DNA of 64,000 bases from positions 640,001 through 704,000 of the forward strand of contig CAXNJO010000003.1 in assembly GCA_964202905.1 (NCBI GenBank). The letters are read 5' to 3'. The notes beneath the pieces were generated by a model, which made no database searches, had not been told where the DNA came from, and saw only the letters and a program-made list of their open reading frames with translations. Source of the stretch: Polyangiales bacterium. Its GTDB lineage: Bacteria > Myxococcota_A > Polyangia > Polyangiales > JADJQN01. The stretch's first letter is position 1. Each line of letters begins with the position of its first letter. Position numbers and translations under genes: made by a program. This document shows positions 48,447 to 57,422 of this stretch, piece by piece.

Positions 48447-50138
48447 TCAGTCGACGTAGCCGAGCGCGCGCAAGCGCGCCTCGACGATCGCCTCGTCGCT
48501 CTCGGGTGCGCTCTCGGCACGCGCAGGCTCCGGCAGCGCGCGGCGTTCGTCGGTCCCGCGCAAGGTCTCGCTGAGCACACGCCCCGCGGCGTCGGGCGTC
48601 GGCGCGAGCCCGAGGCGCGCGAGCAGCGTCGCCGTCGCATCGGCCATGCGCGGCGCGCACGCGACGCCTGCCGCCACCCGCGGCCCCGCGGCGACGTACA
48701 CACCGTGCGCACGGTGGCTCCCCGGCAGCGAGCGGCCCTTGCGCCCGAGATATTCGCCCGGCGCGAGGCGTCGAAACGCGCCCGTGCCCGTGAGCGCGGC
48801 GCGCGGCGGGGCGGAGCCCGTCGGCAGCACGTTGTAGGAATACCCGCCCGGCAGCGCGAGCTCGAGCACGAGATCCGGCGCACGGCCGACGTGCGGTCCT
48901 GCGTAGATGTCTTCGCGCGCGTGCACCGCGTGCACCACCGCGGATCCGTCCCACGGATCGCGGAGCGCGAGCAGCGCCTCCGTCACGCGTGCGCGGACAC
49001 GCGGCACGTCCACCGAATCGACGGTGCCGTGCGGCTCGCGGCCCCGGACGTTGAGCCACACCGAGGGGAAGTAGTTGAGCTCTTCGGAGAACGCCTGCGT
49101 CCGCGCGAAATCGATCGCGCCGAAGCGCGCGCGCGACTCGAGCCAGCCGGGCAGCGCACTCCCCGCCGCGCGGAACACGGCCTCCCTCGCGCGCGGCGGC
49201 AGGCGCACGAGCGCCGCCTCCTTGATCGCACGCACGGCCGCGCCCGCGATGCCGCCCTCGCGCAGCGCGCAGAGCCCCGCGTCCGCGAGCGCGCGGTTCA
49301 GGTAGAGCGCGCGATCGCCGGTGCCGCCCGCGCCGTGATCGCTCACGATCGTCACCTCGACTTCGTCCCCGCCCGCGCGCGCGACGAGCGCGCCGACCGC
49401 CGCGTCGAGCGCCTCGTACACGCGCCCGAGGCCGCGCGCATCGGCGTCCGAGACGTGCGCGGGGCGGCGCGGCGACGCGGGATCGTGCAGCGACCAGAGG
49501 TAATGCGCGGCCGTGTCGCTCTCGCCGAAGTACAGCGCGAAGACGTCCCACGCGCGCTCGTCGAGCAGCCACGCGCCGAGCTCCTGCTTGCGCGCGACCC
49601 GCGCGACGAGCGCATCCGGCAACGCGGTGTGCCAGCCGGGCGCGTCGGCCGCGAGCTCGTCGACGTCGTCGAAGCGCACGCCGCCGAAACGCGCGCGCAT
49701 CGTGTCGTGCAGCGAAGGCGGCCACACGAAGCTGCGATCGGCCTCGAACGCGACGGGCGAATCCCAGCCGCTCACGAACACGCCGTGCGCGAGCCGCTCG
49801 GGCGGCCACGTCGCCGGGAAGCCCACGCACGCACACGCGAGGCCCGCCGCGTCGAGACGCGCGAAGATGGTCGGTACCGCGCGCACCGTCCCGCCGGTGA
49901 AGCGCACGCGATCGCCGACGCGCGTCGTGAAGTCGAACACGCCGTGCACGCCCGGGTCACAACCCGTCAAGAAGGTGGACCAATTGGGCAGCGTGGCCGC
50001 GGGCAGCACGCTCTCGAGCGGCGCAAAGACACCACGTTCTGCGATGGCATGCAGATTCGGCAACCGCGAGGGTCCGAGCGCACGCACGAGATCGGGATCG
50101 AGCCCATCGAGGCCGAGCACGAGCGCACGCGCCGTCAT
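48447..50138 (-). CDS. Alkaline phosphatase superfamily protein (type I phosphodiesterase/nucleotide pyrophosphatase-like)
   Basis: LVLGLDG, ESVLPAATLPNW..TG..PGVHGVFDF, VSDHG, GSHR..G and terminal RLRALGY. Confidence 0.85.
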   Translation of the reverse strand: MTARALVLGLDGLDPDLVRALGPSRLPNLHAIAERGVFAPLESVLPAATLPNWSTFLTGCDPGVHGVFDFTTRVGDRVRFTGGTVRAVPTIFARLDAAGLACACVGFPATWPPERLAHGVFVSGWDSPVAFEADRSFVWPPSLHDTMRARFGGVRFDDVDELAADAPGWHTALPDALVARVARKQELGAWLLDERAWDVFALYFGESDTAAHYLWSLHDPASPRRPAHVSDADARGLGRVYEALDAAVGALVARAGGDEVEVTIVSDHGAGGTGDRALYLNRALADAGLCALREGGIAGAAVRAIKEAALVRLPPRAREAVFRAAGSALPGWLESRARFGAIDFARTQAFSEELNYFPSVWLNVRGREPHGTVDSVDVPRVRARVTEALLALRDPWDGSAVVHAVHAREDIYAGPHVGRAPDLVLELALPGGYSYNVLPTGSAPPRAALTGTGAFRRLAPGEYLGRKGRSLPGSHRAHGVYVAAGPRVAAGVACAPRMADATATLLARLGLAPTPDAAGRVLSETLRGTDERRALPEPARAESAPESDEAIVEARLRALGYVD

Positions 50139-51577
50139 GTGCGCTCCGCGCCGTGCGGTGCGACCGCCTGCGCCACGTCGCGGCCGAGCAGCCCTCCGGG
50201 CACCGGCACGCCGAGCCGCGCGAGCACCGTCGGCGTCACGTCGTAGAGCGAGAGCCCATCGACGCGGCCGTGCGCGGGCACGCCCCGGCCCGCCATCGCG
50301 AAGATGCCGTCCCAATCGTGGTTCGCGGCGTCGGCGCCCGTGTCGTTGCCGGCGTGGAAGAGCGGCGCGCGCCCACCCGGGTCGAGCTCGTCGACGCCGG
50401 CGATCGTGCCGAGCGCGCGAAAATCGAGATCGCCGAAGAACACCAGCAGCTCGGGCGGATTTCCGCGCGTCGCGCGGTACGCCTCCTCGGGCACGACGAC
50501 GCGATTGCCAAGCGGCGTGCCATCGTCGGCGCGCATCGCGCCGAGCGCATCGACGAGCTCCGCGCGCAGGTGCGGTACGTCCTCCGGCGCGACGACGCCC
50601 TGCGGCTCCCGCCCGCGCACGTTGAGGAACACGCGCCCGTGGTAGCCGCCCTCGCCCCACGCGCGCGTGCGCGACCAGTCGACGCGTGCCTTCGCGAGCG
50701 GCGATCTTTGCGCGGGTCGCTCGGCGAGCACGAGGTCGCCGCGCGCGATCAGCCACTCGTTGATCGCGACCCCGCCGCGCAGCGTGCGCGCGCCGTGATC
50801 GCTCACGACGAGCACCGTCGTGTCCGCGTCGCAGCGCGCGAGCAGCGCGCCGAGCCCCGCGTCGATCGCCGCGTAGTAGTCGCGCCCTGCCTGCGCGAGC
50901 GGGTGTCCTGGTTCGTGGCGGGGATGCGTCGGATCGAGGTGCTCCCAGAGCGCGTGGTGAAAGCGGTCCGGCCCGATCGTCACCGCGAAGAGCAGGTCCG
51001 GCGCATGCGCCTCCCACACGTGCAGCGCCATCGCGAGGTGCTGCTCCGTCATCGCGCGGATCTCGCGCGCGAGCCGCGCGGGCTCGCCGCCGCGGAAGCC
51101 CTCGACGTCGAGTTGGTACGGCCCGAAGTGCGCGGTGAGTTCGTCCTTCAGCGCAGGCGGATCGCTCCACGCGTGCCCGGCGCTCGGCGTGAGAAAACAG
51201 CCCGCGACCTCCCCGCCCTGCGGCGCGCGCGGCGGCCACGAGGGCGGCACGAAGAGCGCCGACGTGCGCAGCCCCGCGCCCGCGGCGAGATCCCACACGC
51301 GCGGCGCCTCGAGCCTGCGCGCGTCGACCAGCGCGAGGTCGTACGTGCCGGGCACACGGTCGCGAAACCCGTACATCCCCAGCTCGCCCGGGTCGCGCCC
51401 CGTCGTCATGCACGCCCATGCGGGCACCGTCACCGGCGGCACCACGCTGCGCAGCGGGCCCCAGATCCCGCGCGCGCGGAGCGCGCTCAAGTTCGGCATC
51501 ACGTCGGCGAAGCGCGCGAACGCGAGCGACGGCGGCGCGCAGTCGAGGCCGAGGACGAGCACGCGCGGCCGGGACAC
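50135..51577 (-). CDS. Alkaline phosphatase superfamily protein (type I phosphodiesterase/nucleotide pyrophosphatase-like)
   Basis: VLVLGLDC, SVVPPVTVPAW..TG.DPG.LG.YGF, DRFHH, VSDHG, ANH...G and YDVTPT. Start GTG 51577. Confidence 0.85.
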   Translation of the reverse strand: MSRPRVLVLGLDCAPPSLAFARFADVMPNLSALRARGIWGPLRSVVPPVTVPAWACMTTGRDPGELGMYGFRDRVPGTYDLALVDARRLEAPRVWDLAAGAGLRTSALFVPPSWPPRAPQGGEVAGCFLTPSAGHAWSDPPALKDELTAHFGPYQLDVEGFRGGEPARLAREIRAMTEQHLAMALHVWEAHAPDLLFAVTIGPDRFHHALWEHLDPTHPRHEPGHPLAQAGRDYYAAIDAGLGALLARCDADTTVLVVSDHGARTLRGGVAINEWLIARGDLVLAERPAQRSPLAKARVDWSRTRAWGEGGYHGRVFLNVRGREPQGVVAPEDVPHLRAELVDALGAMRADDGTPLGNRVVVPEEAYRATRGNPPELLVFFGDLDFRALGTIAGVDELDPGGRAPLFHAGNDTGADAANHDWDGIFAMAGRGVPAHGRVDGLSLYDVTPTVLARLGVPVPGGLLGRDVAQAVAPHGAERT

Positions 51578-51634
51578 GTCGCCGTCTCTAGCACGCCTTC
51601 CCGGGCGCCCGCTGCCCGTGGTAGCCATCGCCGC

Positions 51635-52495
51635 ATGACGCTCCAACTCCGCAAGGTCGCCGTGCTCGGCGCGGGCACGATGGGTCACGGGATCGCGCAG
51701 GTCTGCGCGCAGGCGGGCTGCAACGTCGCGCTGCGCGACGTCTCGCAGCAGGCCCTCGACAAGGGCCTCGCGGGCGTCCGCAAGTCCCTCGACCGCCTCG
51801 TCGAGAAGGGCAAGCTCGACGACGCGGGGCGCACGCGCGTGCTCGGCGCGATCACGCCGACGACCTCGCTCGAGGACGCGGTACGCGACGCGGACGCCGT
51901 CATCGAAGCCATCCCCGAGCGCATGGAGTGGAAGCTCGAGACCTTCCGCGCGGTCGACGCGCACGCCCCCGCGCACGCGCTGCTCGGCACGAACACGTCG
52001 TCGCTCAGCGTCACCGAGATCGCCGGCGCCGTGCGCGACGCCTCACGCGTCGTGGGCCTGCACTTCTTCAACCCGGTGCCCGTGATGGAGCTCGTCGAGA
52101 TCGTGCGCGGGTTGCGCACGAGCGACGAGGCCATCGCGCACGCGCGCGCGCTCACGGAGCTGCTCGGCAAGAAGCCCATCGTCGTCAAGGATTTCCCGGG
52201 GTTCGCGACCTCGCGGCTCGGCGTCGCGATCGGCGCGGAGGCCATCCGCATGCTCGAGCAGGGCGTCGCGAGCGCGGAGGACATCGACACCGCGATGAAG
52301 CTCGGCTACCGGCATCCGATGGGCCCACTCGAGCTCACGGATCTCGTCGGCCTCGACGTGCGCCTCGCGATCCTCGAGCACCTGCACCGCGAGCTCGGCG
52401 AGCAGTTCCGCCCGCCCGCGCTGCTGCGTCAGCTCGTGCGCGCCGGCAAGCTCGGCCGCAAGAGCGGCGAGGGCTTCTACACCTACCCGAAGTGA
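51635..52495 (+). CDS. 3-hydroxyacyl-CoA (3-hydroxybutyryl-CoA) dehydrogenase
   Basis: VLGAGTMGHGIA, EAIPE, TNTSSLS, GLHFFNP, PMGPLELTDLVGLD and GRKSGEGFY. Confidence 0.93.
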   Translation: MTLQLRKVAVLGAGTMGHGIAQVCAQAGCNVALRDVSQQALDKGLAGVRKSLDRLVEKGKLDDAGRTRVLGAITPTTSLEDAVRDADAVIEAIPERMEWKLETFRAVDAHAPAHALLGTNTSSLSVTEIAGAVRDASRVVGLHFFNPVPVMELVEIVRGLRTSDEAIAHARALTELLGKKPIVVKDFPGFATSRLGVAIGAEAIRMLEQGVASAEDIDTAMKLGYRHPMGPLELTDLVGLDVRLAILEHLHRELGEQFRPPALLRQLVRAGKLGRKSGEGFYTYPK

Positions 52496-52520
52496 TCGCG
52501 GCGCAGGCCTCAAGCCCCTG

Positions 52521-52571
52521 AAAAAACGCGGCGGCCGGGGCCGGACTCACGTCCACGCCACCGACCGCCGC
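52521..52571 (-). terminator. Putative intrinsic terminator of the Pro-rich gene
   Basis: GCGGCGGCCGG...CCGACCGCCGC arms (the single mismatch is a G-U pair on the minus strand), followed by T6 on the minus strand (A6 at 52521-52526). Confidence 0.6.
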
Positions 52572-52624
52572 ATCCTTCACGCACGCTGCGTCACGCCCCG
52601 CGGGTCACGCGGGACGCGCGTCGT

Positions 52625-54111
52625 TCAGCGGCCGCCCGCGCCCGTCGTGCGGATCGCGCCGCACTGCGCGCTGCGCCCCTGCGACGCCACCGAGACGAGG
52701 CCGCCCGACGAGTCGTTCGGGATCTGCACCGTCGCCTGCGTCGCCGTGCTGCGGATCACCGGCGCGAACTGCCCGCCGATCTCCACGCGCACGTCCGAGC
52801 CGAAGCCGCTGCCCTGCACGATGAGTTGCGCGCCGCGCGGCATGGTCCCGCCGGACACGCTGCACTGCAGGGACGCCGCCGCGACACCCGTGTTCGCGAC
52901 GCCGGGACGAACGCCCGCCTGCACGCCCACCCCGACGCCTGGCCGCAACCCCGGCTGCATGACGCCCGCGTTCACCCCGCCCGGGCGCACGCCCGCGCCC
53001 GGCTGCGGAGCCACGGGTTGAAACACGCCGGGGTTCACGGTGCCGGGGCGCACGCCCGCGCCGACCTGCACGCCCGGCTGCGGAGCCACGGGTTGAAACA
53101 CGCCGGGGTTCACGGTGCCGGGGCGCACGCCCGCGCCGACCTGCACGCCCGGCTGCGGAGCCACGGGTTGAAACACGCCGGGGTTCACGGTGCCGGGGCG
53201 CACGCCCGCGCCGACCTGCACGCCCGGCTGCGGAGCCACGGGTTGAAACACGCCGGGGTTCACGGTGCCGGGGCGCACGCCGAGCCCGCCCTGCACGCCC
53301 ATGCCGACGCCGACACCGACACCGACCTGCACGCCAGGGCGCAGCGGGGGAGGCGGAGGCGGCGGGGCCGGAGGCTGCACCACGACGGTCGTCCCGGGCC
53401 GCGGCGGGGACGGCGGCTGGACCACCACCGTCGTCGTCCCGGGGCGCGGCGGCGGAGGCGGCTGCACGACCGCGACCGGAGGCGGCGGCGGAGGCGGCGC
53501 GGGCGGGCGCACGACCACCGTCGTCGTGCCGGGGCGCGGCGGGGCGGCGGCTGCACGACCGCGACCGGAGGCGGCGGAGGCGCGGGCGGGCGCACGAACA
53601 CCGTCGTCGTCCCCGGCTGCGGCGGCGCGTTCACCTGCACCGTGCCCTGCCCGGCAAAGCCCTGCGCGCGGCCGCCCTCGCCGACGATCACGCCCTGTCC
53701 CAGCCCGCCGGTGACGATCACGCCCTCGCCGCCCGTGTACACGGCGGGCGGCGGCGCGGAGGCCGGACGCCAGAAGCCCGCGTGATAGCGATAGCCGCCA
53801 TTCACGTTCACGACGACGGGCGCCGTCCAGGCGAAGCCCGCGCGCGGCATCTCCCAGTGCCCCGCGAGCCAGACCCAGCGCCCCTGCCACGCCCAGTGGC
53901 CATCGACCCAAAACGCGCTCGGCGCGGGCTGCACGGTGTGCACCTCGGCGACGGCTTGCGGCGGCGGCGGCGCGGCCGTCACGACGACGGGCTGCGGCTG
54001 CACGTACGCCTCCTCGTAGTACATGGTCCCGCGCCCGCGGCCACCGTAGACCACCGTGCAACCCGGAGCCGCGATCGACAGGAGCACCGCTGCGAACAGA
54101 GCCTTGCGCAT
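52625..54111 (-). pseudogene. Pro/Val/Gly-rich lipoprotein with WxxGxW repeats and C-terminal IPT/TIG-like domain; 1-nt frameshift near 53542 as sequenced
   Basis: MRKALFAAVLLSIAAPGC lipobox; FWVDGHW, WLAGHW and YHAGFW motifs. After the shift the frame continues as ORF 52625.. with poly-Pro, 25-aa repeats and LIVQGSGFG..VEIGG. Confidence 0.75.
52997..53281 (-). repeat. ~3.8 x 75-bp near-perfect coding tandem repeat (GVRPGTVNPGVFQPVAPQPGVQVGA)
   Basis: CCACGGGTTGAAACACGCCG recurs at 53011, 53086, 53161 and 53236. Confidence 0.93.
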
Positions 54112-54458
54112 CTTCCATTCCCCTTGCTGGTTCGGCCTTGGGCGCGCCGGCGAAACGCGGGCGCACTGCGATCGCGGCTGGTACGGGCCAGCGCGGGCCG
54201 ATATTCACACGCCAGACGGACGCGCGCATCCGGGGACGCGCATCACAGCGCATCCCGCGCACCCTGCGAGGCGCCCGTCTCCCCCGCCCTCCGCCTCCGC
54301 GTGAACACGCGCGGGCCCGCCTTGTCGTGGGCCCCGTGCACAATTCCACCCCGCGTCCGCCCGCGTCCACGACATCCGCGTGGCGTCGTGTCGCCGTCTC
54401 GCGCTACACGACGCGGATCGACGCGCAAGGGCGCGCTGCTACCCTCGCGCCCCGCGCC

Positions 54459-55385
54459 GTGGGCAACATCTTCCTCGTCCTGCTCTGCCTCGTCGTCGGC
54501 GCGCTCGCGCGGCGCAGCGGTCGCTTCCCCGACGCGACGCCCGCCGTGCTCGCCCGCGTCGTGGTCGATGTCGCGCTCCCCGCGATGACGCTCCTCTTCG
54601 TGCCGCGGATCACCGTCGACGGCGCGGCCGGCCTGCGCCTCATCGTGGCCGCCGCCGCGACGCCGTGGGTCGTCTTCGGGCTCGCGTACGGCGTGCTCTC
54701 GCTCGTCGGCCGCGCGCGCGGCTGGTCGCGCGGCACGCTCGGCGCGCTCGTGCTCACCGCAGGCCTCGGAAACACCGCGTTTCTGGGCTTCCCGCTGGTC
54801 GAGGCGCTCTACGGCGCAGAGGGCCTGCGCACCGCGGTGATCGTCGATCAGGCGGGCTCCTTCCTCGTCTTCGCGACGGTCGGTGTGGCCTTCGCAGCGG
54901 CCTCTGCCGGCCGCGCGCGCCCGACGCCGCTCGCCTTCGCGAAGCGCCTCGCGACCTTCCCGCCCTTCATCGCGTTCGTGCTCGCGTTGCTCCTCCGCGG
55001 CGTGACCTTCCCCGCGCCGATCATCGTCGTCCTCGAGAAGCTCGCCGCCCTCATCGTGCCGCTCGCCGTGCTCTCAGTGGGCTTCCAGCTCCGCTTCGAC
55101 CGTGCGGCCCTCGCCCGCGACGGATCGCGCGCCGCCGTCGCGCTCGCCGTGAAGCTCGGCCTCACGCCGCTCGTCGTGCTCGCCCTGCTCCGCACCGCCG
55201 GCATCGACGGCCTCCCCGCCGACGTCATCGTCGCCGAGGCCGCGATGGGCCCGATGATCACCGCCGCGATGCTGGCCGTCGAAGAAGACCTCGACCCGCC
55301 TCTCGCGACGCTCATGGTCGGCCTCGGCGTCCCCGCCTCGCTCCTCACCGTCGGCGCGTGGTCGCTGCTGCTGCGACTCCTCTGA
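54459..55385 (+). CDS. AEC (auxin efflux carrier) family transporter
   Basis: About 10 TM segments; VALPA, GNTAFLGFPL, FPPFIA, KLGLTP and AAMGPM. Confidence 0.88.
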   Translation: MGNIFLVLLCLVVGALARRSGRFPDATPAVLARVVVDVALPAMTLLFVPRITVDGAAGLRLIVAAAATPWVVFGLAYGVLSLVGRARGWSRGTLGALVLTAGLGNTAFLGFPLVEALYGAEGLRTAVIVDQAGSFLVFATVGVAFAAASAGRARPTPLAFAKRLATFPPFIAFVLALLLRGVTFPAPIIVVLEKLAALIVPLAVLSVGFQLRFDRAALARDGSRAAVALAVKLGLTPLVVLALLRTAGIDGLPADVIVAEAAMGPMITAAMLAVEEDLDPPLATLMVGLGVPASLLTVGAWSLLLRLL

Positions 55386-55460
55386 ACGATCCGCGCCGCA
55401 GAGATCCATCGTCTCGCGATGGCAGCATGCCTTTTCGGAATGCCACGCTGAATCCCTCGC

Positions 55461-56666
55461 TCAGCCGCGCAAGACCGCCTTCAGAAACCCATCCTCACCG
55501 GCAGGAAGCGCGCGTACGACCCCCTGCCAGAGTTGACCCACGGTGCGACCGCGCAGCGCCGCGACGGTGTCGGCGAGCTCGTGCGTGCGCGGATCGGCGC
55601 ACGAAAAGTAGCGGAGATCCCAGCCCGCGGCCGACGCCGCAAGCCACTGGAGCAGCGCCTTCAGACGCGGGTCGCCACCGAAGGCGCCGCAGCCCCAGTT
55701 GCCCGTCGCCAACGTCGCCGGCTCGCCACTCAGACCCGCGCGGACCTTGTTCAGCTCCCGCACGCACGACGCCTGCCCGAACTGCACGGGCGCCCCGCGA
55801 CGTCCAAAATGCAGCGCATCGATGGCCAGCACGCCGACATCAGGTGCATCGCCCGCCGGGTCGTGCGGCCCCGCGTAGCGCAGCGAGTACCCATATCCGC
55901 TCGACGCCGCGAGCCGCGCCGCGCCGCGCAGGAGGATGGCCTCGTGGTCGCGCATCCGGGGTGAGACCAGCAAGCCGAGGCACAGCTCGGGGCATACGGA
56001 GAAGCGGATCTCCTCCTGCACGCAGCCGCCGTGAAACACTCCGCCGCCGAGCAACGCATTCGCGAAATCCGCCTGGACGCAGCCGTTCGCGTCGTCGATC
56101 ACGCCGTCCTCGCGCACCTCGAAGGAGCGCAGTGGCGTCGTGTCCGCGGCCCACTCCGTAGCGCTCCGTGGCGCCGCGACACGCCGCTCGATCACCACCG
56201 TGCCCGTCCAATCGACGTCCGGGCGAAAAGCCTCGAGCAGACATTGCAGCTTCGCCTGCTCCTGCCGATCGGTGGATTCGAGCAGACGCGCTGCATCGAC
56301 GTGGGGCGCGTCCTCGTGCTCTTGCACGAGCGCCCCGAGCAGCATGCAAGCGAGCCAGCCCGCCGACTCGCGCCGCGGAATCTCGACCGTCGACGCGACC
56401 CCGGCCGCACACAGGCCCGGCGCCTCCGCACCGCTCTCGAGGACCTCCGCCGCGGAGGCGAGGAGCCCCGGCAGCAACTCACGCGCATACCGCTCCGCCC
56501 ACGCTCGCTCGCGCTTCAGCAACCGCGTCAGGCCGAGCGTGTCGTCGCTCGCCCCGCAGAGCACGCGCGCCTGCGACAGCGCCTTCACCGGGTCACCTGC
56601 ACGCAACCCGCGCAGAGCCGCTGCCATCCTCCGCCGTTCCGACGACGAGCTGCGAAAACGCGCCAT
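55461..56666 (-). CDS. Poly(ADP-ribose) glycohydrolase, canonical eukaryote-type
   Basis: DFAN..GGGV..GGCVQEEIRF..CPE, SGY, AIDALHF, RELNK and ATGNWGCGAFGGD..LK..LQ.LAA. Start ATG 56666 is supported by a TACGGT -10 box 6 nt upstream. Confidence 0.88.
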   Translation of the reverse strand: MARFRSSSSERRRMAAALRGLRAGDPVKALSQARVLCGASDDTLGLTRLLKRERAWAERYARELLPGLLASAAEVLESGAEAPGLCAAGVASTVEIPRRESAGWLACMLLGALVQEHEDAPHVDAARLLESTDRQEQAKLQCLLEAFRPDVDWTGTVVIERRVAAPRSATEWAADTTPLRSFEVREDGVIDDANGCVQADFANALLGGGVFHGGCVQEEIRFSVCPELCLGLLVSPRMRDHEAILLRGAARLAASSGYGYSLRYAGPHDPAGDAPDVGVLAIDALHFGRRGAPVQFGQASCVRELNKVRAGLSGEPATLATGNWGCGAFGGDPRLKALLQWLAASAAGWDLRYFSCADPRTHELADTVAALRGRTVGQLWQGVVRALPAGEDGFLKAVLRG

Positions 56667-56759
56667 GTCTGGACCGTACATCAGGTCCGTGAATTCGCCG
56701 AAAACAGCCCCCCCACACGCGCCTTGCACCCCGCCCGCGCTCCGTGGTCGGATGCGCGC

Positions 56760-57260
56760 GTGACTGACACTGCTCTCGCGCCGCGCTCGCCGCGGCTCTC
56801 GCACACGGAGATGACCGAGCTGGTGCTGCCGCAGCACGCGAACGCGCTCGGGACGGTGTTCGGCGGCACGGTGATGGCGTGGATCGACATCTGCGCGGCG
56901 ATTGCGGCGCAGCGGCACACGGGGCGCATCGTGGTGACGGCCGCCGTCGACGATCTCGTATTTCGCGACGCGATTCGCGTGGGCGATGTGGTGTGTCTGA
57001 CGGGCCGCGTGAATGGCGCGTTCCGCACCTCGGTCGAGGTCGAGGTGCGCGTCGAGCGCGAGGACACGCGCACGCGCGTTCGCACCCCCTGTGTCGAGGC
57101 GCTGCTCACCTTCGTCGCGCTCGACGAGGCGCGCGTGCCGGCGCCCGTGCCGCCCGTCGCGCTCGACGACGACGAGGCCCGGCAGCGTCAGGCCGAGGCG
57201 ACGGAGCGACGCGCGGCGCGGCTCGCCCGCAGCCGCCGCGACAAGGACGAGGCGCGGTGA
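56760..57260 (+). CDS. Acyl-CoA thioesterase (hotdog fold)
   Basis: VLPQHANALGTVFGG..MAWID, VVTAAVD, TSVEVEV and TFVALD. Confidence 0.92.
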   Translation: MTDTALAPRSPRLSHTEMTELVLPQHANALGTVFGGTVMAWIDICAAIAAQRHTGRIVVTAAVDDLVFRDAIRVGDVVCLTGRVNGAFRTSVEVEVRVEREDTRTRVRTPCVEALLTFVALDEARVPAPVPPVALDDDEARQRQAEATERRAARLARSRRDKDEAR

Positions 57261-57323
57261 TGCACGGCGGCCGGATCGTGGCCCGGGCCCGAGTGGCCGA
57301 GCGCGCGATCAGCGTATAAAGCA

Positions 57324-57353
57324 AATCCCACGCTCCGTGGGGAGCGTGGGATT
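57324..57353. repeat. Perfect 13-bp inverted repeat (hairpin) between convergent genes
   Basis: AATCCCACGCTCC-GTGG-GGAGCGTGGGATT. Confidence 0.85.
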
Positions 57354-57422
57354 CGTGCCGGCGTGAAACGCAGTCTGGACGCCGCGTGAAACGCGGTATT
57401 CGCCGCGCTGTGGAAGACCGAC

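Noticed and set aside
52997..53281. 75-bp repeats as a CRISPR array
   Set aside because: Head-to-tail identical units with no unique spacers, length a multiple of 3, inside a coding frame, and no cas genes in the window.
55386..56760. Mobile element or target-site duplication around the PARG gene
   Set aside because: I could not see terminal repeats, an integrase or a transposase; horizontal origin rests only on motif type and codon usage.
57361..57396. CGTGAAAC as parS sites
   Set aside because: Only the right half of the parS palindrome (GTTTCACGTGAAAC) is present in both copies.
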